Shown here in pieces: positions 47,372-56,885 of a stretch of 64,000 nucleotides of DNA (its first letter is position 1; each line of letters opens with the position of its first letter). Origin of the DNA: an uncultured Poribacteria bacterium (GTDB lineage: Bacteria; Poribacteria; WGA-4E; WGA-3G). The notes beneath the pieces are model-generated. The model did no database searches. It was not told the DNA's origin and saw only the letters and a list, made by a program, of their open reading frames with translations. Position numbers and translations under genes: made by a program. The DNA is taken from contig CATQHZ020000001.1 in the NCBI GenBank assembly GCA_958296135.2, positions 4,544,001 through 4,608,000 of the forward strand, given 5' to 3'.

Positions 47372-47520
47372 CAGAGTCGTAGAACGTAGGTGCCGCTGGC
47401 TTAATATCCTACCGAGGCTTGAAGGAGATGGAAACCGCCGCGCGTGTGCCCCGCAGCGCGCCTAGCGTGAGTTCATCTCACTTGATGTAAGCCTCCAAAC
47501 CGTTGGAGGCTTTTTGTTTA
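47372..47520 (+). ncRNA. Ribosomal protein L10 leader with terminator/attenuator hairpin
   Basis: GTAGGTG...TTAAT..CCTACCGAGG core upstream of rplJ, followed by the hairpin AAGCCTCCAA-ACCG-TTGGAGGCTT and TTTGTTT. Confidence 0.75.
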
Positions 47521-47596
47521 CAAGAATTCGGGGAGATGTATCTATCCCGGTAGGAGCGATTCCAGATCGCGATACGGAAAACGAAGGAGCTGACAC

Positions 47597-48163
47597 ATGC
47601 CGAACCAGGCGAACGTTCAGCAAGCAGAACACATTCGCGAAATCTTTGAAAACTCCGATGTGATTCTGCTCACAGATTTTCAAGGACTGACCGTGGCAGA
47701 GACGAACGAACTGCGGCGCAACTTAAATGCCGCCCAGGTCCAGTATAAAGTCTGTAAAAACACGTTAATCAACGTCGTTGCGCAAGAGAGAGGCATTGAC
47801 GGGTTAGCACCTTATCTAAAAGGCAACACAGCACTCGCAACGAGCAATGACCCGGCCGCATCGGCAAAGGCACTTCTCGCTTTTTGCGCCGAACACGAAA
47901 ATCTCACGATTAAGGGCGGTATCCTCGGAACCCGGGTTATCGACGCAGCAGGCGTTGAAGCCCTCAAGGATATGCCCTCACGCGACGTGATGATTGCGCG
48001 GGCAATCGGGTGCATAGGTGCCCCCCTCACCGGCCTCACCCAGGTCTTGAGCCAAGGTTCACCTGTCAAGAGCATGGTGAATGTCCTCAGTGGAACGATA
48101 CGCCAAGTGACCTCGGTGTTAACCCAGGTCGCCGAGCAAAAGAGAGAGGCTGAAAACGCCTAA
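47597..48163 (+). CDS. rplJ: 50S ribosomal protein L10
   Basis: Motifs DFQGLTV, KVCKNTL and KGG; gene position. Confidence 0.95.
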   Translation: MPNQANVQQAEHIREIFENSDVILLTDFQGLTVAETNELRRNLNAAQVQYKVCKNTLINVVAQERGIDGLAPYLKGNTALATSNDPAASAKALLAFCAEHENLTIKGGILGTRVIDAAGVEALKDMPSRDVMIARAIGCIGAPLTGLTQVLSQGSPVKSMVNVLSGTIRQVTSVLTQVAEQKREAENA

Positions 48164-48279
48164 TTTTTCATCAAGACTCACGCAAACTTCTAGGATGCCC
48201 ATCCGGTAGCCGCGCGGCGAAAGCACGCTTATGGGTGGGGTTGTTCCGCGTAAGTCCTATTCAAGAAAGGAGCCACATT

Positions 48280-48675
48280 ATGGCTGCAAATATCGAACAA
48301 CTGATTGAAGAGATCAGCAATATGACGGTGTTAGAGCTGTCAGAGCTGGTCAAAGCGTTAGAAGAGAAGTTCGGCGTGAGCGCGTCCGCTGCGCCGATGA
48401 TGGCGATGCCGGGGATGATGCCGGCCGCCGCCGCTGAAGAGGAAGCCGCCGAAGAGGAAGAGCAGACAGAATTTGATGTCCAACTCAAAGACTTCGGTTC
48501 CAAGAAGATTCCCGTTATCAAAGAGGTCCGCGCAATTACAGGGCTCGGCTTGAAGGAAGCGAAAGAGACAGTCGAATCCGCCCCGGTCGTCATCCAAGAG
48601 GGTGTCGGCAAAGAAGAAGCCGAGAAGACGAAGGCACAGCTGGAAGAACTCGGTGCTACCGTGGAGATACTCTAG
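48280..48675 (+). CDS. rplL: 50S ribosomal protein L7/L12
   Basis: Motifs [25 protein letters not shown] and [15 protein letters not shown]; AAGGAG RBS. Confidence 0.97.
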   Translation: MAANIEQLIEEISNMTVLELSELVKALEEKFGVSASAAPMMAMPGMMPAAAAEEEAAEEEEQTEFDVQLKDFGSKKIPVIKEVRAITGLGLKEAKETVESAPVVIQEGVGKEEAEKTKAQLEELGATVEIL

Positions 48676-48774
48676 CGGCTCCAGCCTCGCGATTTCCAGG
48701 GCGTGCGCGCGGCCCCCGCGCGCACGCCATTCCTCTCCGGTAGAAGCGATACCCGCAGATAAGGCCGACATTCC

Positions 48775-49644
48775 ATGTTCAGCATTATTGACGTTTTCTA
48801 CCTCGTCTTTAGTCAACTCGCTGTCGGTGGCTTCGCGCTACTTCTCCTTGTCCCCAAAGGGTTGGTAGGCGCGAATTTTTATCGACTGATGGGCGGCATT
48901 TATCTGCTGGTTATCGGCTTCGCGCGATGCGCGATTCTCTCCATTAACAAGCAGCCAGTAACCCTCCGCCATTTTTTCACTCCATCGCAAGATATGGAGT
49001 CCCTCTTCACCCTGTTCTACTTTCTCAGCGTGCTCATCTGGACGCTGAGTTGGTGGTTCAAATTCCCGCACCTCACCCGCATCCTCTTCTTCGTGGGACT
49101 GCTCAGCGGATGCATGTGGCTCTTTTGGAGTCCACACCGCTACTTAGCCCTGATTCCCAGCGAGGCGGTTCTCATCGGCCAAAGCGGCACCGCCGGCTAC
49201 CTCCTCTTCAGCACGCAATTCGTATGCGCCGCCATGCTACTCGGCACCGTCAACAGCGGCATGTGGTTCGGACACTGGTATCTCGTCACGCCAGACTTGC
49301 CAATTCGCTATCTGAAGCGATTTAACAACGTCTTGCTGTTCTCACTGATTGGGACAACCTGTCTCTTTGGCATCGCGCTCCTTTTGCGATGGAAATCCAC
49401 CGACGTTGTCCCCTTTAATCTCTATTATCACCTGATTTTTAGCATGCGGCTCCTCATCGGGCTCGGCGGAACACTGTTCCTTTACTTCATCACCTGGGAT
49501 TGCCTGCGCGATAAATCGGTGGCAGTGGATGCTGTCGGCGCGACGCGCGCCGCCACAGGTTTCCTTTTCATCGCTATCCTCACCGTCTTTATCGGCGAAT
49601 GCTGTAGCCGATTGTTGCTGCTAGAAATGCGGTTTGTTCTTTGA
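48775..49644 (+). CDS. Polytopic membrane protein with a GHWYL motif (function unknown)
   Basis: About 8 hydrophobic segments; SGMWFGHWYL and ATGFLFIA. Confidence 0.7.
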   Translation: MFSIIDVFYLVFSQLAVGGFALLLLVPKGLVGANFYRLMGGIYLLVIGFARCAILSINKQPVTLRHFFTPSQDMESLFTLFYFLSVLIWTLSWWFKFPHLTRILFFVGLLSGCMWLFWSPHRYLALIPSEAVLIGQSGTAGYLLFSTQFVCAAMLLGTVNSGMWFGHWYLVTPDLPIRYLKRFNNVLLFSLIGTTCLFGIALLLRWKSTDVVPFNLYYHLIFSMRLLIGLGGTLFLYFITWDCLRDKSVAVDAVGATRAATGFLFIAILTVFIGECCSRLLLLEMRFVL

Positions 49645-49778
49645 ACAAGGCCGATGCAGAACCGACACCGTAGGCACTGCAGTTTTTTCGCGCAAGTCCG
49701 GTGAAAAAATGTTTCTTGCAAATTAAAATCAAATATGCTAGAATAATTACAGCACAACGTAAAATCACGGAGGCACAA

Positions 49779-50849
49779 ATGAAATCGCAAATTTTCTATG
49801 AACCAGAAAACATGAGTCTGGAAGAACGGCCTGTTCCAGCAGCGAGTGACACCGATGTGCTCGTCCAGGTGCGTTCTGTCGGTATCTGTGGTTCGGATGT
49901 CGCCTACTACTTCGGCAATAGTTCCCTTGAAACCTCCGATGGAAAGGGACCGCTCATCCTCGGACACGAGTTTACCGGCGAAGTCATTGAAGTCGGCAAG
50001 GATGCCGCAACCAATGGCGGGTTTACAGTAGGCGACAGAGTTGTCGTCAACCCGGTCCAATCGAATCCACATTCGGCCTGGAGCAAGAAAGGGTTATCAA
50101 ATCTATGTCCCGAGAAGCGCGTGCTCGGTGTCGGCGTTGACGGCGGGTTCGCGGAATACGCCGTTTCCGATTATCGCTGGACGGTGAAACTCCCCGATAA
50201 CGTCACCTATGACCAGGGTGCACTCACCGAACCCCTCGCGTGTGGGTTATACGCCGTGAACAACCTCAACGCCGAAGCAGGCCAGACCGCGGTAGTGTTC
50301 GGCCCGGGCCCCATCGGGTTGATGATGGTGCAGGTGTTGAAAAGCCGCGGCTTGAAAAACGTCCTGCTCGTTGGAACGCGCGATTATCGGCTGGATGTCG
50401 GCAAAGCGCTCGGGGCAGACGTGGTTGTCAACGTCAGCGATACCGCTTCGCCCCACTACGTCGCGGACTTAGGTACCACCATTCAGGAGCTCAACGACGG
50501 TGAATTGGCAGACCGCGCCATTACCGCAACGAGCTCGCTGGATGCCATTCACACCGCCTTGGAAGTTACCGGACGACACGCGACCGTCGTCATTTTCGGG
50601 CTCCCCGGCGATAGCGATGTGATGCAGGTGCCCATCTTGGATACCATCCTCATGGACAAAACTATCCGCTTCTCATGGCTCGCGCCCGATACGTGGGAAG
50701 AGGCAGTCCAACTGATTGCCAGCGGCGATGTCAACATGGACAAAATCATCAGTCATGAGTTCCCATTGGAATCCCTCGTGGCGGGAATAACGAAGGTGCG
50801 TAACCGTGAAGACAGCTGCACCAAGGGATTGGTAAGAGTCTCCGCCTAA
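49779..50849 (+). CDS. Zn-dependent alcohol/polyol dehydrogenase (MDR)
   Basis: Motifs GICGSD, GHEFTG, TEPLAC and GPGPIG; GGAGG RBS. Confidence 0.9.
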   Translation: MKSQIFYEPENMSLEERPVPAASDTDVLVQVRSVGICGSDVAYYFGNSSLETSDGKGPLILGHEFTGEVIEVGKDAATNGGFTVGDRVVVNPVQSNPHSAWSKKGLSNLCPEKRVLGVGVDGGFAEYAVSDYRWTVKLPDNVTYDQGALTEPLACGLYAVNNLNAEAGQTAVVFGPGPIGLMMVQVLKSRGLKNVLLVGTRDYRLDVGKALGADVVVNVSDTASPHYVADLGTTIQELNDGELADRAITATSSLDAIHTALEVTGRHATVVIFGLPGDSDVMQVPILDTILMDKTIRFSWLAPDTWEEAVQLIASGDVNMDKIISHEFPLESLVAGITKVRNREDSCTKGLVRVSA

Positions 50850-50924
50850 TCCGCTACTGAAGTCCGTAGGGCGAGGGAAAACCTCTCCCTCGCCGTGCAT
50901 CGATTGCAAGGAAATTGAGAGCTC

Positions 50925-51959
50925 ATGTCTCACGTTAACGACAATTTGCAGACCGGCCAGGTGCTCTGCGGCGATAACCTAGAACTCATCCAGCAATTGC
51001 CCGATGGCTGCGTCCAATTGGTAATCACCTCACCGCCCTATTTTCAGCAGCGGGACTACGGCGGCGGAATGGGCAACGAGAAAAGCGTTGATGCATACCT
51101 CACTACGCTTTTGCACCTCTTCCGCGAATGCGTGCGCGTGCTGAAAGACGATGGCAGTCTCGTGTTTAACGTGGGGGACAAGTATCAGGAAAGCAACCTG
51201 CTCCTCGTCCCCTATCGCTTCGCGCTCGCCGCGACAGAGACAGGATTGGTGAAACTAGTCAACGAAATCACGTGGGTGAAAAGCAACCCGACACCACGGC
51301 AGTTTCGTCGTCGCCTCGTCAGTAGTACGGAGCCGTTCTTCCATTTCGCCAAGTCAGACGACTATTTCTATGAGCTCAACGGATTTTTGGCAGAAACGCA
51401 GCCGCCGAAGCCATCGCGCAAAAAGGTAGGAACGAAAGTAGGACAACGCTATTTTGCGCTCATCGCGCAATCCGATTTATCGGAAGCCGAGAAGACTGAT
51501 GCCCGGCGTGCCCTCACCGAAGTCATCCAAGAGGTGCAGTGCGGCAAAACGCACAGTTTCCGGATGAAGATTCGCGGGATTCACGCGGAACCGTTCGGTG
51601 GGCAAATCGGTGGACGCACCCTGCAGATGAAGAACAAAGGATTTACGATTATTCGGATGCACGGCAACAAAATCAAGCGCGATGTGATTGAAACACCGGT
51701 AGCCGCTGTCAAAGGGAACAAGCATCCCGCTATCTATCCGGTAGAAATTGTGGAGGAGTTTCTCCGCCTGCTCACGCCTGTCGGCGCGCTGGTGTTGGAT
51801 CCGTTTATGGGCTCAGGCTCAACAGCAGTCGCCTGCAAAAAACTCGGCAGACACTACATCGGCTATGACATTAATCCGGAATATTGCGAATACGCGCGAC
51901 AGCGGGTTGCAATGATTTCATCCGCACCACCGCGGCTCTTTGATGAATCATATCCGTGA
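50925..51959 (+). CDS. Orphan beta-class amino DNA methyltransferase (SPPY, probably N4-cytosine)
   Basis: ITSPPY precedes HPAIYP and VLDPFMGSGST; no adjacent endonuclease. Confidence 0.88.
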   Translation: MSHVNDNLQTGQVLCGDNLELIQQLPDGCVQLVITSPPYFQQRDYGGGMGNEKSVDAYLTTLLHLFRECVRVLKDDGSLVFNVGDKYQESNLLLVPYRFALAATETGLVKLVNEITWVKSNPTPRQFRRRLVSSTEPFFHFAKSDDYFYELNGFLAETQPPKPSRKKVGTKVGQRYFALIAQSDLSEAEKTDARRALTEVIQEVQCGKTHSFRMKIRGIHAEPFGGQIGGRTLQMKNKGFTIIRMHGNKIKRDVIETPVAAVKGNKHPAIYPVEIVEEFLRLLTPVGALVLDPFMGSGSTAVACKKLGRHYIGYDINPEYCEYARQRVAMISSAPPRLFDESYP

Positions 51960-51969
51960 GGAACGTGCC

Positions 51970-52302
51970 ATGGGCATCCCATTCTTCATCGTTTTTGTCC
52001 TATCAATCGTCTTTTTATCGCTGGGGATAACCGCGATAAGTGACTTCGTCTCTATCCAATGGCAGCAAGAGGCGACGAGTGAGACAACCGCTGTCATCCC
52101 TTACCTCAGCTTCCGGTCTGATTACTGGGCGATGACGCGATGCATCGCTGGGTTTGCCCTCTTCTTGACGAGTCTCTATTTCATGGGATTTTTTCTCTAT
52201 CTGGAAGAGCGCGAAAGCGGACGAATCATGAAAAATGTCAAAAGCTTCGTTAAACTCCGACAGTTTATCGAACGGCACCAAAAGGAGGAAACTCGTAAAT
52301 GA
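51970..52302 (+). CDS. Hypothetical membrane protein (2 TM)
   Basis: Two hydrophobic segments; GAGG RBS; ATGA overlap with the next gene. Confidence 0.6.
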   Translation: MGIPFFIVFVLSIVFLSLGITAISDFVSIQWQQEATSETTAVIPYLSFRSDYWAMTRCIAGFALFLTSLYFMGFFLYLEERESGRIMKNVKSFVKLRQFIERHQKEETRK

Positions 52303-53117
52303 GACGTCTCATACGGAAACCGATAGGCATCGCACTCGCTGTGTGTCTTGCCACCTTCACGGCAATCAGTCATGCAAAAATCGACCCGGGCACCGTTGCC
52401 GGTATCTGGCTCTTCGATGAAGGCAAAGGCAAAACCGTCGCCGACTTATCCGATAACGGAAATGATGGAGAACTGAAAGAAGACGCGAAATGGGATGCCG
52501 GCAAATTCGGACAAGGCGTTGTCTTTGACGGGAAAGACGACTACGTTGAAATCGCCCCATCGCCCCTATTTAACCCGGAGGTATTCACCGTCACGTTCTG
52601 GATGCACCCCACTGCTGTCGGCGGCAATAACCCCGCGGGGAAAGGTTCCGCCACCCTCGTCATTGCTAACGGCAATCCGGGCGATGGCGGCGGCGCAAAC
52701 TGGTGGTTTGAATTCTGGAACGCTGGCAACTTTGAATTCAAGAGTTGTCAAGCCGGTTGTGCCGCCGCAACGACACCGCTTAACACACCAGACAAGTGGT
52801 ATTTTATCGCCGGCATCTACAACGGCACGGAATACGAACTCTACATTGATGGCGAATTTAAGTCAAAGGGACCGAATAAAGTCGGCGCGCCTGAGAAGGG
52901 ACTCCTCATCGGAAGCGGGCTCTGCCCCGCAGGACACGGCTGTGATGGCGGCTACTTCAAAGGCATCATTGATGACGTGGCGATGTTCAGCGATACCTTG
53001 AAAGAGGCAGAGCTGAAAACCCTCATGGACGACGGTGTCGGAAAAGTGCTCGGTGTCGCACCAGTGGAACCGACTGGAAAATTGGCAACGACCTGGGGAA
53101 AACTCAAGGCAAACTAA
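52299..53117 (+). CDS. Secreted LamG-like jellyroll protein with a C-terminal KLATTWGKLK motif
   Basis: Signal peptide; motifs WLFDEGKG, GKFG, FDGKDDYV, LYIDG and FKGIIDDV. Confidence 0.88.
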   Translation: MRRLIRKPIGIALAVCLATFTAISHAKIDPGTVAGIWLFDEGKGKTVADLSDNGNDGELKEDAKWDAGKFGQGVVFDGKDDYVEIAPSPLFNPEVFTVTFWMHPTAVGGNNPAGKGSATLVIANGNPGDGGGANWWFEFWNAGNFEFKSCQAGCAAATTPLNTPDKWYFIAGIYNGTEYELYIDGEFKSKGPNKVGAPEKGLLIGSGLCPAGHGCDGGYFKGIIDDVAMFSDTLKEAELKTLMDDGVGKVLGVAPVEPTGKLATTWGKLKAN

Positions 53118-53163
53118 CAACTTGTAAGGGCGGATTTCCACATCCGCCCGTTCAGAGCGCACT

Positions 53164-54285
53164 ATGAGAGAAAAAGAACGAGCATCGCTCACAACACCGA
53201 TACCGCGTTTAAAAAATGACCGGCTCCTGCGCGCCGCACGCCGCTTGCCGGTGGATAGGGTGCCCGTGTGGATGATGCGACAGGCAGGCCGCTCGGACCC
53301 TGCGTATCGGCGCATCCGAGAGGAGATAAACCTCCCTTTGGAGCATCTCTTCCGCACCTGTCCCGTGCCGATGTCGGAAACCGCCGCAGAATGGGCAGTG
53401 AAGATTTCGATGCTACCGAAGCGCATCGGCGTAGACGCGATTATCGTCTATAAAGACATCCTCACGCCGTTGTGCCCGATGGGCGCGCATTTTCGGTTTA
53501 CGCCCGGGCCCGTCCTCAGTGAACCTATCCGCAGCCGGGAGCAGATAGAGGCACTTCAACCGCTTGATAACGCGCCCTCGCAACTCGCGTTTACCGGAAA
53601 CGTCATCGGCAAACTGCGAGAAACCTTGGACAAAGAACTACCGCTCATCGGATTTGCAGGCGCGCCAATGACGCTCGCCGCCTTTCTCATCGCCGGAACA
53701 AGTCCAATGCAACGTGACAGCAGTAGACTCTCCGAACCGGCAAAAATGGTGTTTCAGATGATAACCGAGGCACCGGAATTGGTGCATCAATTGCTCGCAC
53801 GCTTAACCGATGCCACTATCAATTACCTGAACTACCAGATCGCCGAAGGCGTTCAGACAGTCCAACTGTTTGAGTCCATCGCAGACGTAATGCCGCGGAC
53901 AATGTATCAAGAATTCGTGTTGCCGTATCATCAGCAGATTTTCGCCGAACTCAACCGGAGCGTACCCGCGATTCTATTCGCAAAAGAGTGCGCATATCTC
54001 GATTTGATGCACCAGAGCGGGGCCGATGTGCTGAGCGTCGGCAAATGCGTAGAACTCGCTCAAGCAAAGGCAGAAACCGAAGGAAACCCTGTCGCTTTGC
54101 AGGGGAACGTCGACAATGACATCATCCGAGATGGCACATTTGCTGACATCACTACGGCCGTCCACGACTGCCTAAAACAGGGTGGAAAAATCGGACACAT
54201 TCTGAACCTCAGCCACGGCTTGCATAGAGACACGCCGTTTGAAAACGTCAAACATTTCGTGCACGCCGCGAAAACGTTCCGGTAG
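53164..54285 (+). CDS. hemE: Uroporphyrinogen decarboxylase
   Basis: Motifs PVWMMRQAGR, DIL, LIGFAGAP, LQGNVD and ILNLSHG. Confidence 0.93.
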   Translation: MREKERASLTTPIPRLKNDRLLRAARRLPVDRVPVWMMRQAGRSDPAYRRIREEINLPLEHLFRTCPVPMSETAAEWAVKISMLPKRIGVDAIIVYKDILTPLCPMGAHFRFTPGPVLSEPIRSREQIEALQPLDNAPSQLAFTGNVIGKLRETLDKELPLIGFAGAPMTLAAFLIAGTSPMQRDSSRLSEPAKMVFQMITEAPELVHQLLARLTDATINYLNYQIAEGVQTVQLFESIADVMPRTMYQEFVLPYHQQIFAELNRSVPAILFAKECAYLDLMHQSGADVLSVGKCVELAQAKAETEGNPVALQGNVDNDIIRDGTFADITTAVHDCLKQGGKIGHILNLSHGLHRDTPFENVKHFVHAAKTFR

Positions 54286-54363
54286 GCTCTACGCTTTGAA
54301 CCGTAGGGCGAAGACCTGGCCCTCGCAATGCAGCGGAGGTAGGAAGCAGACAGAGGACTCTAA

Positions 54364-55833
54364 ATGAGAACAAAACGCGCTGTCCCGATGGAAAACCCTT
54401 ACGCACCACGGCAATACGGCGAACTCGTTAAGGTAACGGAACGCGTCTATCTCTTCCGCAACGTCGTTAATTCCACTATTATTATCGGCGATAAGGGAGT
54501 CGCGGTAATTGACACGCAGGTGAATCAGGCCATGGCGCGACGCCTGTTCAAAGCGGTTCGTCGCGTGACAGACAAACCGCTCTTGTATGCGATAAATACG
54601 CACTACCACTGGGATCATACCAATGGCAATGCCGTTTTTCATGCAGCCGGCGCGACGATTGTTGCACGCGAGATGACAAAAGATTTTATGGTATCTCGCT
54701 CGCCACGGCAAGAGGCATTTCTTGCCTCGCGCGGTTTTAAACTGGGGGATGCGCCCGTTCTTCCGACGCAGACGTTCGCGCAGGAGATGGAACTGAATTT
54801 AGGCAATCAACCGCTGCATCTCGTTCACTTAGGCAAAGCGGAAACAGACGATGCAACCGCCATCCGCATTCTGTCAGAGGAATGCATCGTATCCGGGGAC
54901 ACCGTCATGACAGGCAGTTTCCCGATTTTCGGACAACCTGTCATGAACGAAGGGCTCATGGCGAACCATGATTGGATAAATACCATCAAGGAACTCCGCA
55001 CTTATGCACCAAAACACGTTCTGCCTGGGCACGGGCCCTTAGCGCATAATGCAGAAATGGAACTGCTGATGCAGATTGAATCCTATTTCTTAACCGAAGT
55101 ACGAAAACGCGTTGAGAAAGGCATGCCGTTAATCGCGCTCTTGGCAGAACTGGAGGCGAACCTCCCCGAGTGGATTCGGGATATCGCCGAGGTCTGGGGG
55201 ACACCGCGTTACGCGATTTTGCGCGTCTACCGTGGGCTCATCGATGAACCGGAGCCGGGATGGCAGCACTTCAAGCCCTCCGCTATTCCGACAGCGGATG
55301 AAGAAAGTCTCCGTAAGCAAACGCGCGCATTGGCAGATTTTGACGCATATCGCGAAGCCTCGGAAGAAGTGGAGGAGGGAAATGACTTCGGCTTAGCTGT
55401 CGCTATCTTAAAAAGCACGACAAAAAAATATCCGCATCTGCCAGCGGCGTGGACAGAATATGCGGGCGTGCTGATGCGGGCATCCCGCACCGTGTCAAGC
55501 GTGCTAGAGAAGGGTGACTTCTTCTCCGAAGCCAACAAGGCACTTGATACCGCCTTGGAATTGGATGCGGGTTACGCGCCAGCGCATCTGTTGCGAGGAC
55601 AGTACCAAATCCTGTCCGCTTACCGCAACGGCGATGAACCCGATGATGGGCTCGCCTCCATTCACAACGCGATGTCCCTCGGAATTCAGGGCACATCTCT
55701 CGCGCAGGCACATTTTTGCATCGGGATGGCACATCGCACGAACGGAAACGAGGTTGAAGCGAAAGCCGCCTTCGCAAAAGCCATTGCTGCGGACGCACGA
55801 TTCATGCCAGCGCAATTAGCCAACATGGCTTAA
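54364..55833 (+). CDS. Metallo-beta-lactamase-fold hydrolase with C-terminal TPR-like repeats
   Basis: Motifs THYHWDHTNGN, SGD and PGHG; helical C-terminus (ALELDAGYAPAH, AHFCIG...A). Confidence 0.82.
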   Translation: MRTKRAVPMENPYAPRQYGELVKVTERVYLFRNVVNSTIIIGDKGVAVIDTQVNQAMARRLFKAVRRVTDKPLLYAINTHYHWDHTNGNAVFHAAGATIVAREMTKDFMVSRSPRQEAFLASRGFKLGDAPVLPTQTFAQEMELNLGNQPLHLVHLGKAETDDATAIRILSEECIVSGDTVMTGSFPIFGQPVMNEGLMANHDWINTIKELRTYAPKHVLPGHGPLAHNAEMELLMQIESYFLTEVRKRVEKGMPLIALLAELEANLPEWIRDIAEVWGTPRYAILRVYRGLIDEPEPGWQHFKPSAIPTADEESLRKQTRALADFDAYREASEEVEEGNDFGLAVAILKSTTKKYPHLPAAWTEYAGVLMRASRTVSSVLEKGDFFSEANKALDTALELDAGYAPAHLLRGQYQILSAYRNGDEPDDGLASIHNAMSLGIQGTSLAQAHFCIGMAHRTNGNEVEAKAAFAKAIAADARFMPAQLANMA

Positions 55834-55887
55834 CTCATCCCGTCTCGCCAGGGCCTGTCCCTCGCGATGGCTCAGAGGAGATAAAAA

Positions 55888-56835
55888 ATGTCTCACAAAA
55901 CATACGATAGCATTCTGCTCATCGCGTTTGGCGGGCCAACACCCGGCTGCTGCCAAAAATATGACATCTGTCCCAGCGAGGCATACTGCTTCGTTGAAGG
56001 AATCGTCGGGACAGCAGCATCCCAATTGCCAAGAGTGAAAGATGTCTCCAGTCACTACATTGAACTCGGCGGCTTCTCGCCGTTCAACGAACTGACGTTC
56101 CAGCAGGCGCGCGCCCTCAAAGCCGGGCTTAACGACAGAAACGTCTCTCTGCCCGTTTACGCCGGGTTCCGGCATTGGCATCCCTATTTAAAGGATGTCG
56201 TCGCCGACATCGCACAAAAGGGGCACCAAAAAATACTCGGCATCATCATGGCCCCCCATCAATCCAAAGTCAGTTGGGAGTGGTATATCCAAGCGGTGAA
56301 GAAGGCAATCGATACCTTGCCGGATACAGCGCGCCCCGAGATTGACTATTTAGCCCCGTGGTGGACGCACGACGGCTACATCGGTGCTATCGTAGAACTG
56401 ATTCAAAGCGCGTGCAACGGGCAGTTAGACAACGCCACCCCAGTCTTCACGGCGCACGCCATCCCGAAGCCGGCGGCGAAAACCTCACCTTATACGCAAC
56501 AATTCGCGGAGACAGCGGCGAAAGTGGCAGAGAAACTCGGCAAAACCGAGTTCGCTTTGGCATACCAGAGCCAAGCCGAAAACACCCCTGTCGCATGGAC
56601 ACAGCCCGATATCAACGACTGGATTCGCGCGCAGAAAGATGCAGGCATTCAAACCATCGTCGCCTCACCTATCGGGTTCCTCTGCGACCACGTTGAGGTG
56701 CTCTATGACCTGGATATTGAAGCAAGGGCGACAGCGGCCGAATGCGGTATTGAGTTTATCCGCGCCAGCACCGTCGGGAGCCATCCGAAGTTCATCAACA
56801 TGTTGGTAGACCTGGCCTGCGAAAAATTCCAATGA
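55888..56835 (+). CDS. hemH: Ferrochelatase
   Basis: Motifs LLIAFGGP, GGFSP, FTAHAIP, YQS, WTQPD and GFLCDHVEVLYDLD. Confidence 0.93.
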   Translation: MSHKTYDSILLIAFGGPTPGCCQKYDICPSEAYCFVEGIVGTAASQLPRVKDVSSHYIELGGFSPFNELTFQQARALKAGLNDRNVSLPVYAGFRHWHPYLKDVVADIAQKGHQKILGIIMAPHQSKVSWEWYIQAVKKAIDTLPDTARPEIDYLAPWWTHDGYIGAIVELIQSACNGQLDNATPVFTAHAIPKPAAKTSPYTQQFAETAAKVAEKLGKTEFALAYQSQAENTPVAWTQPDINDWIRAQKDAGIQTIVASPIGFLCDHVEVLYDLDIEARATAAECGIEFIRASTVGSHPKFINMLVDLACEKFQ

Positions 56836-56885
56836 GGAGAGAACGCGGGGGCCTGTCCTCCGCGCTACGGTGAAGTATGGTTTGC

